This document shows positions 49,014 through 59,439 of a stretch of 64,000 nt of DNA, in pieces (positions within the stretch are counted from its first letter, which is position 1; each line of letters begins with the position of its first letter). Where the stretch lies: positions 1,568,001-1,632,000 of the forward strand of contig CBDCVK010000010.1 of NCBI GenBank assembly GCA_965223005.1, read 5' to 3'. A program made the position numbers and the translations under genes. Below the pieces are notes generated by a model that was not told the origin of the DNA, made no database searches, and saw nothing but the letters and a program-made list of their open reading frames with translations. The stretch is from Terriglobia bacterium. GTDB taxonomy: Bacteria > Acidobacteriota > Terriglobia > JAJPHL01 > JAPKYU01.

Positions 49014-51206
49014 GGGCTCGAATAGTGCGCAATCCCCACTTCCGCTTGGGCGGTTTGTAGTTGATGGCCGCTCTCCAGGTCGTTCGGGGCAATGAATGCT
49101 CACATCGGCTTCCAGTTCCGCCTTCGACGGCTGGTAGCTGGACGCCACTTCCTGTTGCTTAGGTGGTTGTTTTGCCTGCTCACGGCTGTCTCATCTTTGA
49201 ACATTTCGGATTGAGGGTTTTCAGGTCGTTGGCTTGGAAATTGTCAACTTAGGGTCAACCCGCTCTAGTTGTCCGTCTAATCCAAAGTCGTAGTCGTCAA
49301 ACGGTGGAGTTGGTCATGTTCTTAGCCGCTACGTCGCGTCTTGAGGCTTGCCGATCCCTGGGAAGCGCCTTAGTAAGCGGCGTGCGACCTTTCAAGCTGG
49401 GTGAACTCCTGCTCAATAAGGCGAAGTAGGTGAGGGCTCTTCTGCAAGCCTGACCGCCATCGCGTTTGAACACCTGCTGGAATCCATTTCGCATTCGCGA
49501 GCCTTCTCAAGCACATATATGCAGGCTTGGCCGCCGATGAATGACGATCCCAAAGTTTCCAGATACAAGCTCCCAATAATATTTCAGAAAGCCAAACTCG
49601 TTTTCCCGCAAGCGATCGAGGCACTTGGAGAATAACGCTTCTGTTCGCGGTCCCTGTAATTGATCAAGTCGGCTGGAGCGACATTGTCGATGTAGGTAAA
49701 GGTGCCGTCTAAAACGCGCAATGCCGGAGCCGTCATTGTCGTAGTTCAGCGTTCCCGAATACGGACACGGCGGCGGCTCCAGACAGGTCTGGCCGGGCGA
49801 TCTCTTGCACCTGGTCCCTGGGCTAACGCGGCACCATATCTGGGTGCCCCAGTGGCCTTTTATCTGCGGCGGTCGTAATCGGTTCCGCATACGACCCGTC
49901 TCCTGGGTTCGGAAAACAGATAACTGTGAGGTCAAGTAAGAACCGTCGAGGACCTCCTGGCTACCTCATCCGAAGCTTTCCATTCGTGTTTCTACGGCCA
50001 TGAGGTCATGTCATCAGTGCGAGCGGCGAAGTTGGCTCCACGGAACACCGGAACCGGTGCTCGCACGCTGTTTGTGGAAGCCATCTCAAGCTCCACACTA
50101 CATCGTCAGCTTGCGTCAGTAAATCGCCGGCCTGCTGAAACGCATCTTGCACTGTCGCGACCGTGAATGTTGCTGATAGCCCGCCTTTTTCTCCTGTCCG
50201 CTGCTCCCGGTACGGTCAGCGGTTTCTGCTTTCTGGTAGTTAACGTCATTCTGCCTCCATCACGCCACCAAGTCGGCGTACTTCAACCGCTTCTGGTCCA
50301 TCCCGCGCACCATTGCCTGCATTTGGAGCGTGTCGGACTCCCGTTGCTGGCGGCCTAGCCGTTGACGTATCGTTGGAGATGCTTGGCACTGAGATTGTGG
50401 AAGGTGCCTCTGCTCCTTGAGCATCGACCGCTCTCCACGTCGTTTGTGTGCGCATCCCGCGTTGCATACTCGGCAACCGAGTGCTTTACCGACTCATGCT
50501 CGAAGCCCGGCATGTCATACACTGGAGCATCGTCGGTAGACCTTAGCACCTGCGACCGAATCCCTGAGAAACCCTTGCAGCGTTCGCTGTCCGTGTGCGA
50601 GACTCACGAACGAGCGTTGGGCGGTCCATTCCGGCCACGGCCACCTTCGCCCGCGCCCGTCCATCTCCTTGCGCTTCGCGGATTGCGCCGCTTCCCGCCG
50701 ACGTAGCACTCATCGGCCTCGACTGGCCCGGCAAACAGGGAGCCATCTCTTCCCACGCCTTGCGCAGTCTGTGAGCCAAGTGCCATGCCGACTTCTGCGA
50801 GATGCTCAAATCTCTGCGGAGCTTCATCGAAGAGATTCCTTTTAGTCCGGTCGCCAGAAGGTAGATGCCGATGACCCACGACGGAAGCCGAGATTCGATC
50901 CTTCCAGGGCAGTGCCAACCTTCGCACTGAACCGCTTCCGGCAGTCGCGGCAACGGTAGGGCATCGTCTTGTGCTTCGCTTTATCTTGCACGTTTGTCGA
51001 TCCGCAGTGTGGGCAGTCCATCAGGCCAACGGGCCTTGACTAACCACGCCTCGGCGGTAGCATCATCCGGGAACATCCTAAACAACTGGGGGAGTGATAG
51101 CCCCTTCGGTAGTGTTTTCCTGGCGCTTTATGCTTCATCATGTTTTACATTATAGTGCCCAACTTCACGAAAGTCAAGACTTTTTGGGCACTATTCGATA
51201 TCTCCC
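49014..51206 (-). mobile_element. Decayed IS1595-family element (2,193 bp) with passenger DNA
   Basis: 8-bp TSD CTTGGAAA at 49006-49013 and 51207-51214. TIRs GGGC-TCGAATAGTGCGCAA and GGGAGATA-TCGAATAGTGCCCAA. Confidence 0.92.
50240..51140 (-). pseudogene. IS1595 family transposase, multiply frameshifted
   Basis: Fragments in several frames: 'FPDDATAEAWL..RWPDG', 'CPHCGS..YRCRDCRKRFS', 'KGISSMKLRRDL.ISQKSAWHLAHRLR', 'VEADECYVGG', 'VKHSV.EY..HTN.VES' and 'GTFHNLSAKHLQRYV'. Confidence 0.9.
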
Positions 51207-52491
51207 CTTGGAAAGCTGTTGGGCGCGCCCATTCTGGCCTACTTCTCCCTGGCTTGCTTGTTGCCCATCTCGCTGCTGGCGGGAATTTTCGGGGGATACT
51301 CGCTTGGCGTGCTTTTTTGGACCTACCTCCTGCTGCTGGCCTTGATGCTGTTTCTGGGCCTGATCGGTTTGTGGATATCGCTGCTACGGGAGAAATCGAG
51401 CGGCGTAGTCGGGGCAGTGGCACTTTTACCAATTAGCTTGACGTTCGGCTTAGCCTACAGCCCCTTCCCGGGGGCGGGAGCCATCAGTATTTTTCCTGCC
51501 CTCTTTTCGCTTTACGGGCTGGGTGGGGAAATCGCCAGCGTGACGCCCAAACTATTCGGAATGCCGAGTTCTTTCCCCTTCTTGACGCTGTTCCTCTATG
51601 CCGCCTTCGGCGCCTGGCTTGTCCTGATGCTGACGCGGAACTTCAAGAAGGATCTGGAGCAGGTCCGCCTTCTCTCCCGGTGGCAGGCCCTCGGCTTTGC
51701 GATTTTTCTCAACGCGCTGTTCTATGGGTTCCTGGACATGGAGAAGGTCTCGCGGCGAACGGGCGTCCCGTTGGTGTCCCCGGAACAGGCATCCAATCTT
51801 GCAGTGGCCATGAACGCGGCAATTCTGTTCCTGCTAGGTCTGGCAGCCGTGGTCCCGCACGAGAAGCTGAAGGTGTGGTGGCGTAAGCGCGCTGCGGCAG
51901 AGGAGCCTTACCTGTCCGAGGATGGCCTGCCGTGGCCCTGGTTGGCCATGGCTGCTCTGGTGGCTTACAGCCTCCTGGCTGGCCGAGCCCTGGCCGGATG
52001 GGACTCGATTCCTTTCGCGCTCTGGCACCTCGGAAGCGCAGGCGTCCAGATGCTTGTCTTTCTGCTCTTCATATCGCGGGACATCCTGTTCCTTCAATGG
52101 TGCACCCTCACGCGGATGAAGCGCCCACTGGTTAAAGGTCTTTTCTACCTGTTGCTCTATTACACGGCAGTCTTCATCATAGGAGGCGTTCTCCACCTCG
52201 TCTGGGCACCGTCCCGCTTCACCTTTTACGCTTTGACAAGTCCGTTTACCGCCTTCGGCGCGGAACAACTCGGGCCCGCCGATGTGCCCGGGATTTATCT
52301 GGGGATGGCATTGCAAGTCGCGGTGATCTGGCTCCTGCTAAGAGCAATCTCCCGCCGCCTGGGGCGCCCCTCAAACGCTGCCGCGGCTTCCGAATCGTAG
52401 GTTGCGCTCCAATCCTGCGGAAATCGTCCGTGCATTGGCAATCGCTGCGGACACCATTGGACCGTCGCGCCAGAGTTCGCTTCCGGCCTTC

Positions 52492-52519
52492 TTGACAGGT
52501 CGCCAACCGGCATTATAAA
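52492..52519 (+). promoter_or_regulatory. Sigma70-type promoter candidate for the respiratory operon
   Basis: TTGACA-N16-TATAAA about 265 nt upstream of the Rieske start. Confidence 0.5.
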
Positions 52520-52784
52520 AATGGTAGGTTGTACGGGGCTTTGGCAGCACTGGGAAGGCAACCACGGGAGTGGAGCGCTTCAGTAGCGCACCGGGTTTGC
52601 GAACGGGAGTCGGGAACTGCCCAGACAGTTGCCAGAGCGGTAGTTACTGCTTCGACTGGCAGGGTCGGGCTCTAGAGCACCTCATGGGGGTTCTTCCCGA
52701 AGTTTTTTCCTGGGAGCAGTGGAAAGCTTGGGGCGGGCTGCGGCCCGAGCACCCAAAACCAGCACAGAGCAAGGGAGCGGGCGT

Positions 52785-53411
52785 ATGGAGGAATTGACGG
52801 GCAAGGGAAACCCTGGCCCGCCGGAGGGTTCCGGGAAAGCGGCGACCGGTGTGCCAGCGAAGAAAGCCGAGCAGCCCGCGGCTCCGAGCAAGCAACAGGC
52901 CAAGGAAACTGCTGAGGCCAATCCGAGCCTCCGCCGGCGGCGCCTGGTGTGGGCTTGCGTCGTGGCCTACCTGGTGACCAACTTCCTGATGTTCCTTCGC
53001 TTTTTCCTGCCGCGCACGCTCTTTGAACCAAAAACTAAATTTACAATCGGCTATCCCGGCGACTTCGCCTTGGGCGTGGAGACCAAGTTCCAAAAGGACT
53101 TCCGCATCTGGGTGGTGCGCAACGCCGAGCGCATCTTTGTGATCTTTGCGCGCTGTACGCACCTGGGCTGTACGCCGGACTGGAAGTCGGCCGAGACTAA
53201 GTTCAAGTGTCCGTGCCACGGCAGCGGCTATGACACTGAGGGAGTCAATTTTGAAGGCCCGGCGCCACGGCCCATGGACCGTGCCCACCTGGAACTAGAC
53301 GCCCAGGGCCGCATCGTGGTAGACACCGGGCGCCTCTACGAGTGGCCCAAGGGACTGCAATCGGAGTTCGACGAAGGCGACGGTCGAAGCGGCGCCTTTA
53401 TCCAGGTGTAG
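52785..53411 (+). CDS. Rieske 2Fe-2S subunit of a Rieske/cytochrome b complex
   Basis: 'RRRRL' plus a TM helix; 'CTHLGC', 'CPCHGSGY' and 'GPAPRPM'. Confidence 0.95.
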   Translation: MEELTGKGNPGPPEGSGKAATGVPAKKAEQPAAPSKQQAKETAEANPSLRRRRLVWACVVAYLVTNFLMFLRFFLPRTLFEPKTKFTIGYPGDFALGVETKFQKDFRIWVVRNAERIFVIFARCTHLGCTPDWKSAETKFKCPCHGSGYDTEGVNFEGPAPRPMDRAHLELDAQGRIVVDTGRLYEWPKGLQSEFDEGDGRSGAFIQV

Positions 53412-53453
53412 GGTTCAGCGTGTAAGGTTCAGCCCCGCAGGCGGGAGATTCGC

Positions 53454-54389
53454 ATGGCAGAGGAAAACACGAAGCAGGACGGCGACGGCAACCAAGGCGT
53501 GAGCGGGAACGGAAAAACGAAGGTGGCCACGCTGGTAGAGAAGGCCAAGGCTGGAGCCCGCCTGCTGATGGGGCAGGTGCAGGAAGACGCTGAGGCGCTG
53601 AAGAAACCGCAGAAGACCCAGCTGTGGAAGTCCCTGTTCCGAGTCAAGCACGACGACACGACCCGTAGCCGGGCGTTGGGCGTGCTGAGCAATGTCTTCC
53701 TGCACCTGCACCCGGCCAAGGTCAATCGCGACGCCGTGCGCTACAGCTACACCTGGGGCATGGGGGGCATCACCTTTTACCTGTTCATCGTGCTGACCTT
53801 CACCGGGGTGCTCCTGATGTTCTATTACCACCCCACCAAGGTGCAGGCGTTCCGCGACATCCTCTACCTGGAGCATGACGTGCCCTTCGGCCGCTTGCTG
53901 CGGAACATGCACCGCTGGGCCGCGCACCTGATGATCATCACCGTGTGGCTGCACATGTTCCGGGTGTTCCTGACCGGCTCCTACAAGAAGCCGCGCGAGT
54001 TCAACTGGGTGGTGGGTGTGATCCTGCTGGTGCTAACCATGCTTCTGTCGTTCACCGGCTATCTGCTGCCCGACGACCAGTTGGGATTCTGGGCGGTGAC
54101 GGTGGGCACCAATATGGCGCGCGCCACTCCGATGCTGGGATCCGAAGGGCCGTTTGGGCCAGAACTGGGAATGAGCCCTCTAAACGATGTGCGCTTTGCT
54201 CTGTTGGGCGGTTCTATCGTGGATTCCAACGCCCTGCTGCGCTCCTATATCTGGCACTGTATCGCCATTCCCCTGATCGCCGCCGTTTTCATGGGGGTCC
54301 ACTTCTGGCGGGTGCGCAAAGACGGCGGAATTTCCGGCCCGGCGCCGGTGATGCTGGAAAGCGAAATCAAGGAAGTCCGGAAGCTATAG
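53454..54389 (+). CDS. Cytochrome b, N-terminal (b6-like) subunit
   Basis: 'RNMHRWAAHLMI..LHMFRVF..YKKPREFNW', 'TGYLLP' and 'WHC..VHF'. Confidence 0.95.
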   Translation: MAEENTKQDGDGNQGVSGNGKTKVATLVEKAKAGARLLMGQVQEDAEALKKPQKTQLWKSLFRVKHDDTTRSRALGVLSNVFLHLHPAKVNRDAVRYSYTWGMGGITFYLFIVLTFTGVLLMFYYHPTKVQAFRDILYLEHDVPFGRLLRNMHRWAAHLMIITVWLHMFRVFLTGSYKKPREFNWVVGVILLVLTMLLSFTGYLLPDDQLGFWAVTVGTNMARATPMLGSEGPFGPELGMSPLNDVRFALLGGSIVDSNALLRSYIWHCIAIPLIAAVFMGVHFWRVRKDGGISGPAPVMLESEIKEVRKL

Positions 54390-54404
54390 CGGAGAGGGAA
54401 GCCA

Positions 54405-55340
54405 ATGGATTGGGCACAACTGTGGGAAATCGCGTCCTTGCCGGACAACGTGCCGATCGTAGCACTGCTGTTTCTGGTGCCCTTCTATTCCTGGTACGGC
54501 TTGCGCCAGGCTCTGGCCAATGACCGGCTGATCGCACAACTGGAAGCCGACCCCCAATTAGCCAAGACCCATCATCGCAAAACCCATCCTTTCCGGCCCG
54601 GCTGGGCCCGCGACGTGCATGTCTGGCCCTTCTTGCTGCGAATAGAATTTTTGGCGGCCATCATTGTGACCGTGATCCTGATGGTTTGGTCGCTGACGCT
54701 GGACGCGCCCCTGGAAGAGCCGGCCAATCCAGGCCTGACCATGAATCCGGCCAAAGCTCCCTGGTATTTCCTGGGCCTGCAGGAGATGTTGGTTTACTTT
54801 GACCCCTGGATCGCTGGTGTGGTGATGCCCACCCTCATCGTTATCGGGCTGATGGCGATCCCCTACATTGACGAGAATCCGCTGGGCGGTGGCTACTACA
54901 CCTTCCGCCAGCGCCGCTTTGCCATCCTAACGTTTTGCTTCGGTTTCATCTTGCTCTGGGTGGCGATGGTGGTGATCGGCACCTTTATCCGCGGACCGGG
55001 CTGGATGTGGTTCTGGCCCGGCCAGGTCTGGGATCATAACAAGCTGATCTTTGAAGCCAACAGGGACTTGCCCGACATCCTGGGCATTACCAGCATGGCG
55101 GGCAAAAGCATCCTCGGAGCTCTGGTGGTGGGCGGCTATTTCCTACTGGCTGGTGTCGGCCTCCATATGTTGATCACGCTCACTGAGTTCAGCCGAAAGA
55201 TTTATAAGCGAATGAACTTACTGCAATATCTGACCTTGCAGTTTCTCGTCATTACTATGCTGGCGCTGCCGGTGAAGATCTTCCTCCGGCTGCTGTTCCG
55301 GATTAAGTACGTCTGGGTAACCCCATGGTTCAACGTCTGA
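54405..55340 (+). CDS. Cytochrome b C-terminal (subunit IV-like) protein
   Basis: 'PLEEPANP..NPAKAPWYFLGLQE' (PEWY-equivalent), 'IPYID' and extra TM helices. Confidence 0.9.
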   Translation: MDWAQLWEIASLPDNVPIVALLFLVPFYSWYGLRQALANDRLIAQLEADPQLAKTHHRKTHPFRPGWARDVHVWPFLLRIEFLAAIIVTVILMVWSLTLDAPLEEPANPGLTMNPAKAPWYFLGLQEMLVYFDPWIAGVVMPTLIVIGLMAIPYIDENPLGGGYYTFRQRRFAILTFCFGFILLWVAMVVIGTFIRGPGWMWFWPGQVWDHNKLIFEANRDLPDILGITSMAGKSILGALVVGGYFLLAGVGLHMLITLTEFSRKIYKRMNLLQYLTLQFLVITMLALPVKIFLRLLFRIKYVWVTPWFNV

Positions 55341-55385
55341 AAGTAAGGTGCGAAGGCCCGAGGTGCGAGGGCAGGGAGGGGCCTG

Positions 55386-58300
55386 GTGCCTGAGACACCC
55401 GCTCCCGAACGAGACCCGATCGTCAGCCAGTCCCTCAGCGGTCCCCTGCTGATTTCCGCCTTCTTGCTGGTGGTGACGGTGGCTTGGTCCCTGTACGACG
55501 AACTGTACGGGCAGCGTCCCTGGAAGGATTACCAGGAGCGGTTTGTGGGCCAGTACACCGCGTATCTGAAGAGTTTGGAACCCAAGCAGGCGAGCGCGGA
55601 AGAGAAACTTCGGGGGTCGGACGAATACCAGCGCCTGGAGCAGGAATTGGCCGAAGCCGAGAAGGCTGTTGCACCCAGGCTGCGCGACCTTGGCCGCGAG
55701 ATGAACCAGGAGCTCACCCCGCGGATCATGGCCCTAACGGAAGTTTTCCAGGTGGCCCGCGGGAAGTTGGGTGAAAAGATCTACCAACTGGAAACCGCCT
55801 CCAGCACCAGCGAAAAAGAGTCGCGCAGAAAGGCGTTGGAACAGGCCAGACAGGAGAAGTGGTCGGCCCGGCTGCCGGCCGGCGACGGCAAAATCGAGCG
55901 GGTCAGCCTTACCTACGACGAGCTGGAACGGGAATTCAACGAGCTCAAGACCCGCAGAGCAAAGTTGCAGGCTGAGCGCGCCGAACTGCTCCGACGGCCC
56001 ACCGAACTTCGGGCCCAACGGGATGCCTATTTGAAAGAAAACCTGGTCGGCCTGGACAAACAGCAGATCGCCGGGCTGCTCGGGAACATGGAGAACTTTG
56101 AATACAAGATCAAGCAGATTCACGTTGGGGCGGACCGCATCTACGCAGGAGTTGGGCGCGTAGATATGGTGGATCGCTGCCACTCCTGCCACGTGGGGAT
56201 CCTGGAACCAGTCACGCTGACCAGGGACGACATGGGCGGCGAAGCAGCCTTCACCAGCCATCCCAATCCCGAGCTGCTGCGCGTCCACGACCCGGAGCGG
56301 TTCGGCTGCTCGCCCTGCCACGGAGGCAACGGGCGCGCCACCACCAGCGTGAAGAAAGCCCACGGCCAGTACAAACACTGGCTGTGGCCGCTGTACGCAC
56401 GAGAGAACGCGGAAGCCGGCTGCCAGCAGTGCCACAGCACCGAGATGGTGTTGGAACATGCGGAAGTGCTCAACGCGGGTAAGCAGCTTTTCCGCAACAA
56501 GGGCTGCATCGGCTGCCACCGCTATGAGCGTTTTGACCCGGAGGCCGAACGGCTGCAAGCAGTGCGGCAGGCCGTCCGTTCACGGAAAGAACAGCGCAAG
56601 GAACAGAAGCGCGAAGTGGCATTAACCATTCGGGCTGCCAATGCAGCCACCGACAACGCTGCGTTCGCTCGGCTTAACGCCAAGGCAGATGGCTTGCGCC
56701 AGGGCCTGTCACTGATTGACCACGAGCTGGAACAGCTCCAATTGGAGTCTCGCAGCCTGATGCGCGAGTTGAAAAAGATCGGTCCTAACCTCAAGGACGT
56801 GCGGCAGAAACTGCGTCCCGAGTGGTTGCCGGTCTGGATCCAGAATCCGCATGAGTTCCGGCCCACCACCAAGATGCCGCGCTTCCGGCTTAGGGAGCAG
56901 GAAGTGCAAGCCATCGCCGCCTACCTGTGGCAGACCGGCACTCAGTTGCCGGTGCCGAAGCGGCCGCCGGGCGACCCGGTGCGCGGCAAGGAATCCTTTG
57001 AGACGCGCGGCTGCATGGGCTGCCACTCGGTGGGGGAGGGCAGCCAGCGGTTGGGCGGCACGTTTGCCGCCAACCTGAGCCGCTTGGGCGAGAAGGCCAA
57101 TTACGAATACATCGTGCGCTGGATTCACAACCCGCGCGAGCGCAGCCTGCCCTATTGCCCGCTGGAGAACCGCGACATCGGTCCCGAAGACTACGCCAAG
57201 CACGGGTTGCCCTTCCGTTTCGACCTGGATCACAGCCTCTGCCCCAATGACGGCTCCGAAATGCAGGTACAGCAAATGACGGTCATGCCCAACCTGCGTC
57301 TGAGCTGGCAGGAGAGCCGCGACATCGCCAGCTACCTGATGACTCTGAAGCGGGAAGGCGAATCAGATTACCCGCCGGTGGAGTTTCTCAACGACCCGAA
57401 ACTCATGGCGCAGGGGTCCATGTACATCCGACACTATGGATGCGCGGGTTGTCACGAAATTTCCGGCTTCGAGCAGGAAAGCCGCATCGGGACGGAACTC
57501 ACCACCGAGGGTAGCAAACCCATCGAGCGTCTGGACTTTGCCCTGCTGACCCACGATGCCAAGAAAGAGGGCTGGTACGACCACAAGGGCTTCTTCGAGC
57601 GCAAGCTGGGCGACCCGGCCGTCTTTGACCAGGGGAAGGAGAAAGCGCGGCTGGAGTTGCTCAGGATGCCCGAGCCTAACGTTACCCCGCGGGAAATCAC
57701 TGCGCTCACCACCTTCCTGCTGGGCAGCGTGGACCAGACCATACCGGCCCAGTATCAGTTCCGGCCTTCGGACCAGCGCCAAGACATTCAGGAAGGCTGG
57801 TGGATTGCCACCAAGTACAACTGCATGGGCTGCCACCAGGTCCGCATCGGCCAGGAATCGGTGCTGATGAATGTACCGCGCTATCAGACTCCCGACGGGA
57901 AAGAGCAGTTGCCGCCACGTTTGGTCGGCGTGGGTGCCCGCGTTAATCCCGCCTGGCTGCTTCGTTTCCTGGAAAACCCGGCGCTCAGCAGCAAAGACAC
58001 GGACCGGAATGGCGCCCGGCACTACTTGAAAGCGCGCATGCCCACCTTCCACTTCTCTGACGGCGAACTGCGGAAACTGGTGCGCTTCTTTGCGGCCCTG
58101 GCGACTCAGGCTACCCCCTATATTCCGCCTCGCTTGGAGCCACTGTCGTCTCAAGAGATGAGACTGGCACGGCAACTGTTTACCCACCCGGCCGCGCCCT
58201 GCTTGAAGTGCCATGCGACCGGAGATCCGGCTCACGACCGCAATGCCACCGCTCCCAATTTCCTGCTGGCGAGGGAACGCCTGAAATCAGGCTGGACCAA

Positions 58301-58568
58301 ACGCTGGATGGTCGAGCCCTCGCTGATCAGCCCCGGCACTTCTATGCCGGACGAGCTGTTCCGGCAGGAAGGAGAACGGTGGGTCTTCAACTTCGGCGGG
58401 CCGGCTCCGGAATCGTTCCGGAGCTATGAGAAGGACCACGTGGAGCTACTCACGCGCTACATGTTCCAGATGACGCCGCAAGAGCAGCGCAGGCTTACCG
58501 GCAGACGAGTCTCGGCATCCGTTCCGTCCAAGGGAAGAAGGCTGGCACGGATGCGTCGCGCACAATAA
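55386..58568 (+). CDS. Membrane-anchored octaheme cytochrome c with coiled coils
   Basis: Eight CxxCH motifs (CHSCH, CSPCH, CQQCH, CIGCH, CMGCH, CAGCH, CMGCH, CLKCH) and an N-terminal TM helix. Confidence 0.93.
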   Translation: MPETPAPERDPIVSQSLSGPLLISAFLLVVTVAWSLYDELYGQRPWKDYQERFVGQYTAYLKSLEPKQASAEEKLRGSDEYQRLEQELAEAEKAVAPRLRDLGREMNQELTPRIMALTEVFQVARGKLGEKIYQLETASSTSEKESRRKALEQARQEKWSARLPAGDGKIERVSLTYDELEREFNELKTRRAKLQAERAELLRRPTELRAQRDAYLKENLVGLDKQQIAGLLGNMENFEYKIKQIHVGADRIYAGVGRVDMVDRCHSCHVGILEPVTLTRDDMGGEAAFTSHPNPELLRVHDPERFGCSPCHGGNGRATTSVKKAHGQYKHWLWPLYARENAEAGCQQCHSTEMVLEHAEVLNAGKQLFRNKGCIGCHRYERFDPEAERLQAVRQAVRSRKEQRKEQKREVALTIRAANAATDNAAFARLNAKADGLRQGLSLIDHELEQLQLESRSLMRELKKIGPNLKDVRQKLRPEWLPVWIQNPHEFRPTTKMPRFRLREQEVQAIAAYLWQTGTQLPVPKRPPGDPVRGKESFETRGCMGCHSVGEGSQRLGGTFAANLSRLGEKANYEYIVRWIHNPRERSLPYCPLENRDIGPEDYAKHGLPFRFDLDHSLCPNDGSEMQVQQMTVMPNLRLSWQESRDIASYLMTLKREGESDYPPVEFLNDPKLMAQGSMYIRHYGCAGCHEISGFEQESRIGTELTTEGSKPIERLDFALLTHDAKKEGWYDHKGFFERKLGDPAVFDQGKEKARLELLRMPEPNVTPREITALTTFLLGSVDQTIPAQYQFRPSDQRQDIQEGWWIATKYNCMGCHQVRIGQESVLMNVPRYQTPDGKEQLPPRLVGVGARVNPAWLLRFLENPALSSKDTDRNGARHYLKARMPTFHFSDGELRKLVRFFAALATQATPYIPPRLEPLSSQEMRLARQLFTHPAAPCLKCHATGDPAHDRNATAPNFLLARERLKSGWTKRWMVEPSLISPGTSMPDELFRQEGERWVFNFGGPAPESFRSYEKDHVELLTRYMFQMTPQEQRRLTGRRVSASVPSKGRRLARMRRAQ

Positions 58569-58628
58569 CTCGACTGGAGTCCCTGACCGGACAGTAATAG
58601 GAAAAGTTCAGCGAAAGGGTGACAAACG

Positions 58629-59429
58629 ATGCGAAACGCAAAGCTATTGTGGTTCTTGATTGTGGTGCTGGCGCTGGGGATCGCTGGCTGCGCCACGAAG
58701 GAAGAAGCCCCACCCGCCCGAGAAGCGGTGGAGGCGCAACCGCCACCCACGCCGATTGACCCGGCCACCGTCGGTTCCATCACCGGCAAAGTCAGCTTCG
58801 ACGGATCGAAACCCAAGGGTCGGGTGATCCGCATGGATGCGGAGCCGGACTGCAAGCGCCTGCACAGCAGCCCGGTGCGGTCCCAGGAAGTGATCGTGAA
58901 CAAGAACGGGACGTTGCTGAATGCCCTCGTCTACGTAAAGCAGGGCTTGAGCAACTACAGCTTTGAAACCCCCAAGACTCCTGTGACCATGGATCAGGAG
59001 GGCTGCATCTACAGTCCTCACGTCATTGGCGTGCAAACCGGGCAGGAAATCCATGTTTTGAACAGCGACCCCACCACCCACAACATTCACCCCCTGCCCA
59101 AGAACAACCGGGAATGGAACGTGTCGCAGCCGCCCGGGGCGGACAAGATTGTGCAGAGCTTCCCGCGGGAAGAGCTGCTGATCCCGGTCAAGTGCAACGT
59201 GCACCCTTGGATGCGCAGCTACATCGCGGTGCTCAAGCACCCCTTCTTCGCAGTGATCGGCGAGGAAGGCACCTTTGAATTGAAAGGGCTGCCGCCAGGA
59301 GAATACGTAGTTGCCGCCTGGCACGAAAAGTATGGAACCCAAGAACAGAAAGTAGCGCTGGGACCCACGGAAGCTAAGAGCGTCGACTTCGCTTTCCCGG
59401 AAGCGGCCACGACAGCGGGTGGCCTGTAG
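58629..59429 (+). CDS. Lipoprotein with cupredoxin-like and carboxypeptidase-regulatory-like domains
   Basis: Lipobox 'IAGC'; 'HNIH' and 'CNVHPWM'; 'FELKGLPPGEY..AWHE'. Confidence 0.85.
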   Translation: MRNAKLLWFLIVVLALGIAGCATKEEAPPAREAVEAQPPPTPIDPATVGSITGKVSFDGSKPKGRVIRMDAEPDCKRLHSSPVRSQEVIVNKNGTLLNALVYVKQGLSNYSFETPKTPVTMDQEGCIYSPHVIGVQTGQEIHVLNSDPTTHNIHPLPKNNREWNVSQPPGADKIVQSFPREELLIPVKCNVHPWMRSYIAVLKHPFFAVIGEEGTFELKGLPPGEYVVAAWHEKYGTQEQKVALGPTEAKSVDFAFPEAATTAGGL

Positions 59430-59439
59430 ACTGCACTAA

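Larger units (their letters stand above)
48700..52400 (+). pseudogene. ABC-2 type permease interrupted by an IS1595-family element
   Basis: 48700-49013 joined to 51215-52400 restores one frame, '..ELLLGK-LLGAPILAY..', once the insert and one TSD copy are removed. Confidence 0.92.

Noticed and set aside
52520-52784. Riboswitch or ncRNA in the long leader of the respiratory operon
   Set aside because: No recognisable aptamer or terminator; an Rfam/covariation search would be needed.
55386-58568. HAO/octaheme nitrite reductase or anammox marker
   Set aside because: The hemes are dispersed, mostly in class-I-like domains with distal Met motifs, with no CxxCK and no HAO-type spacing; context indicates a bc-complex acceptor.
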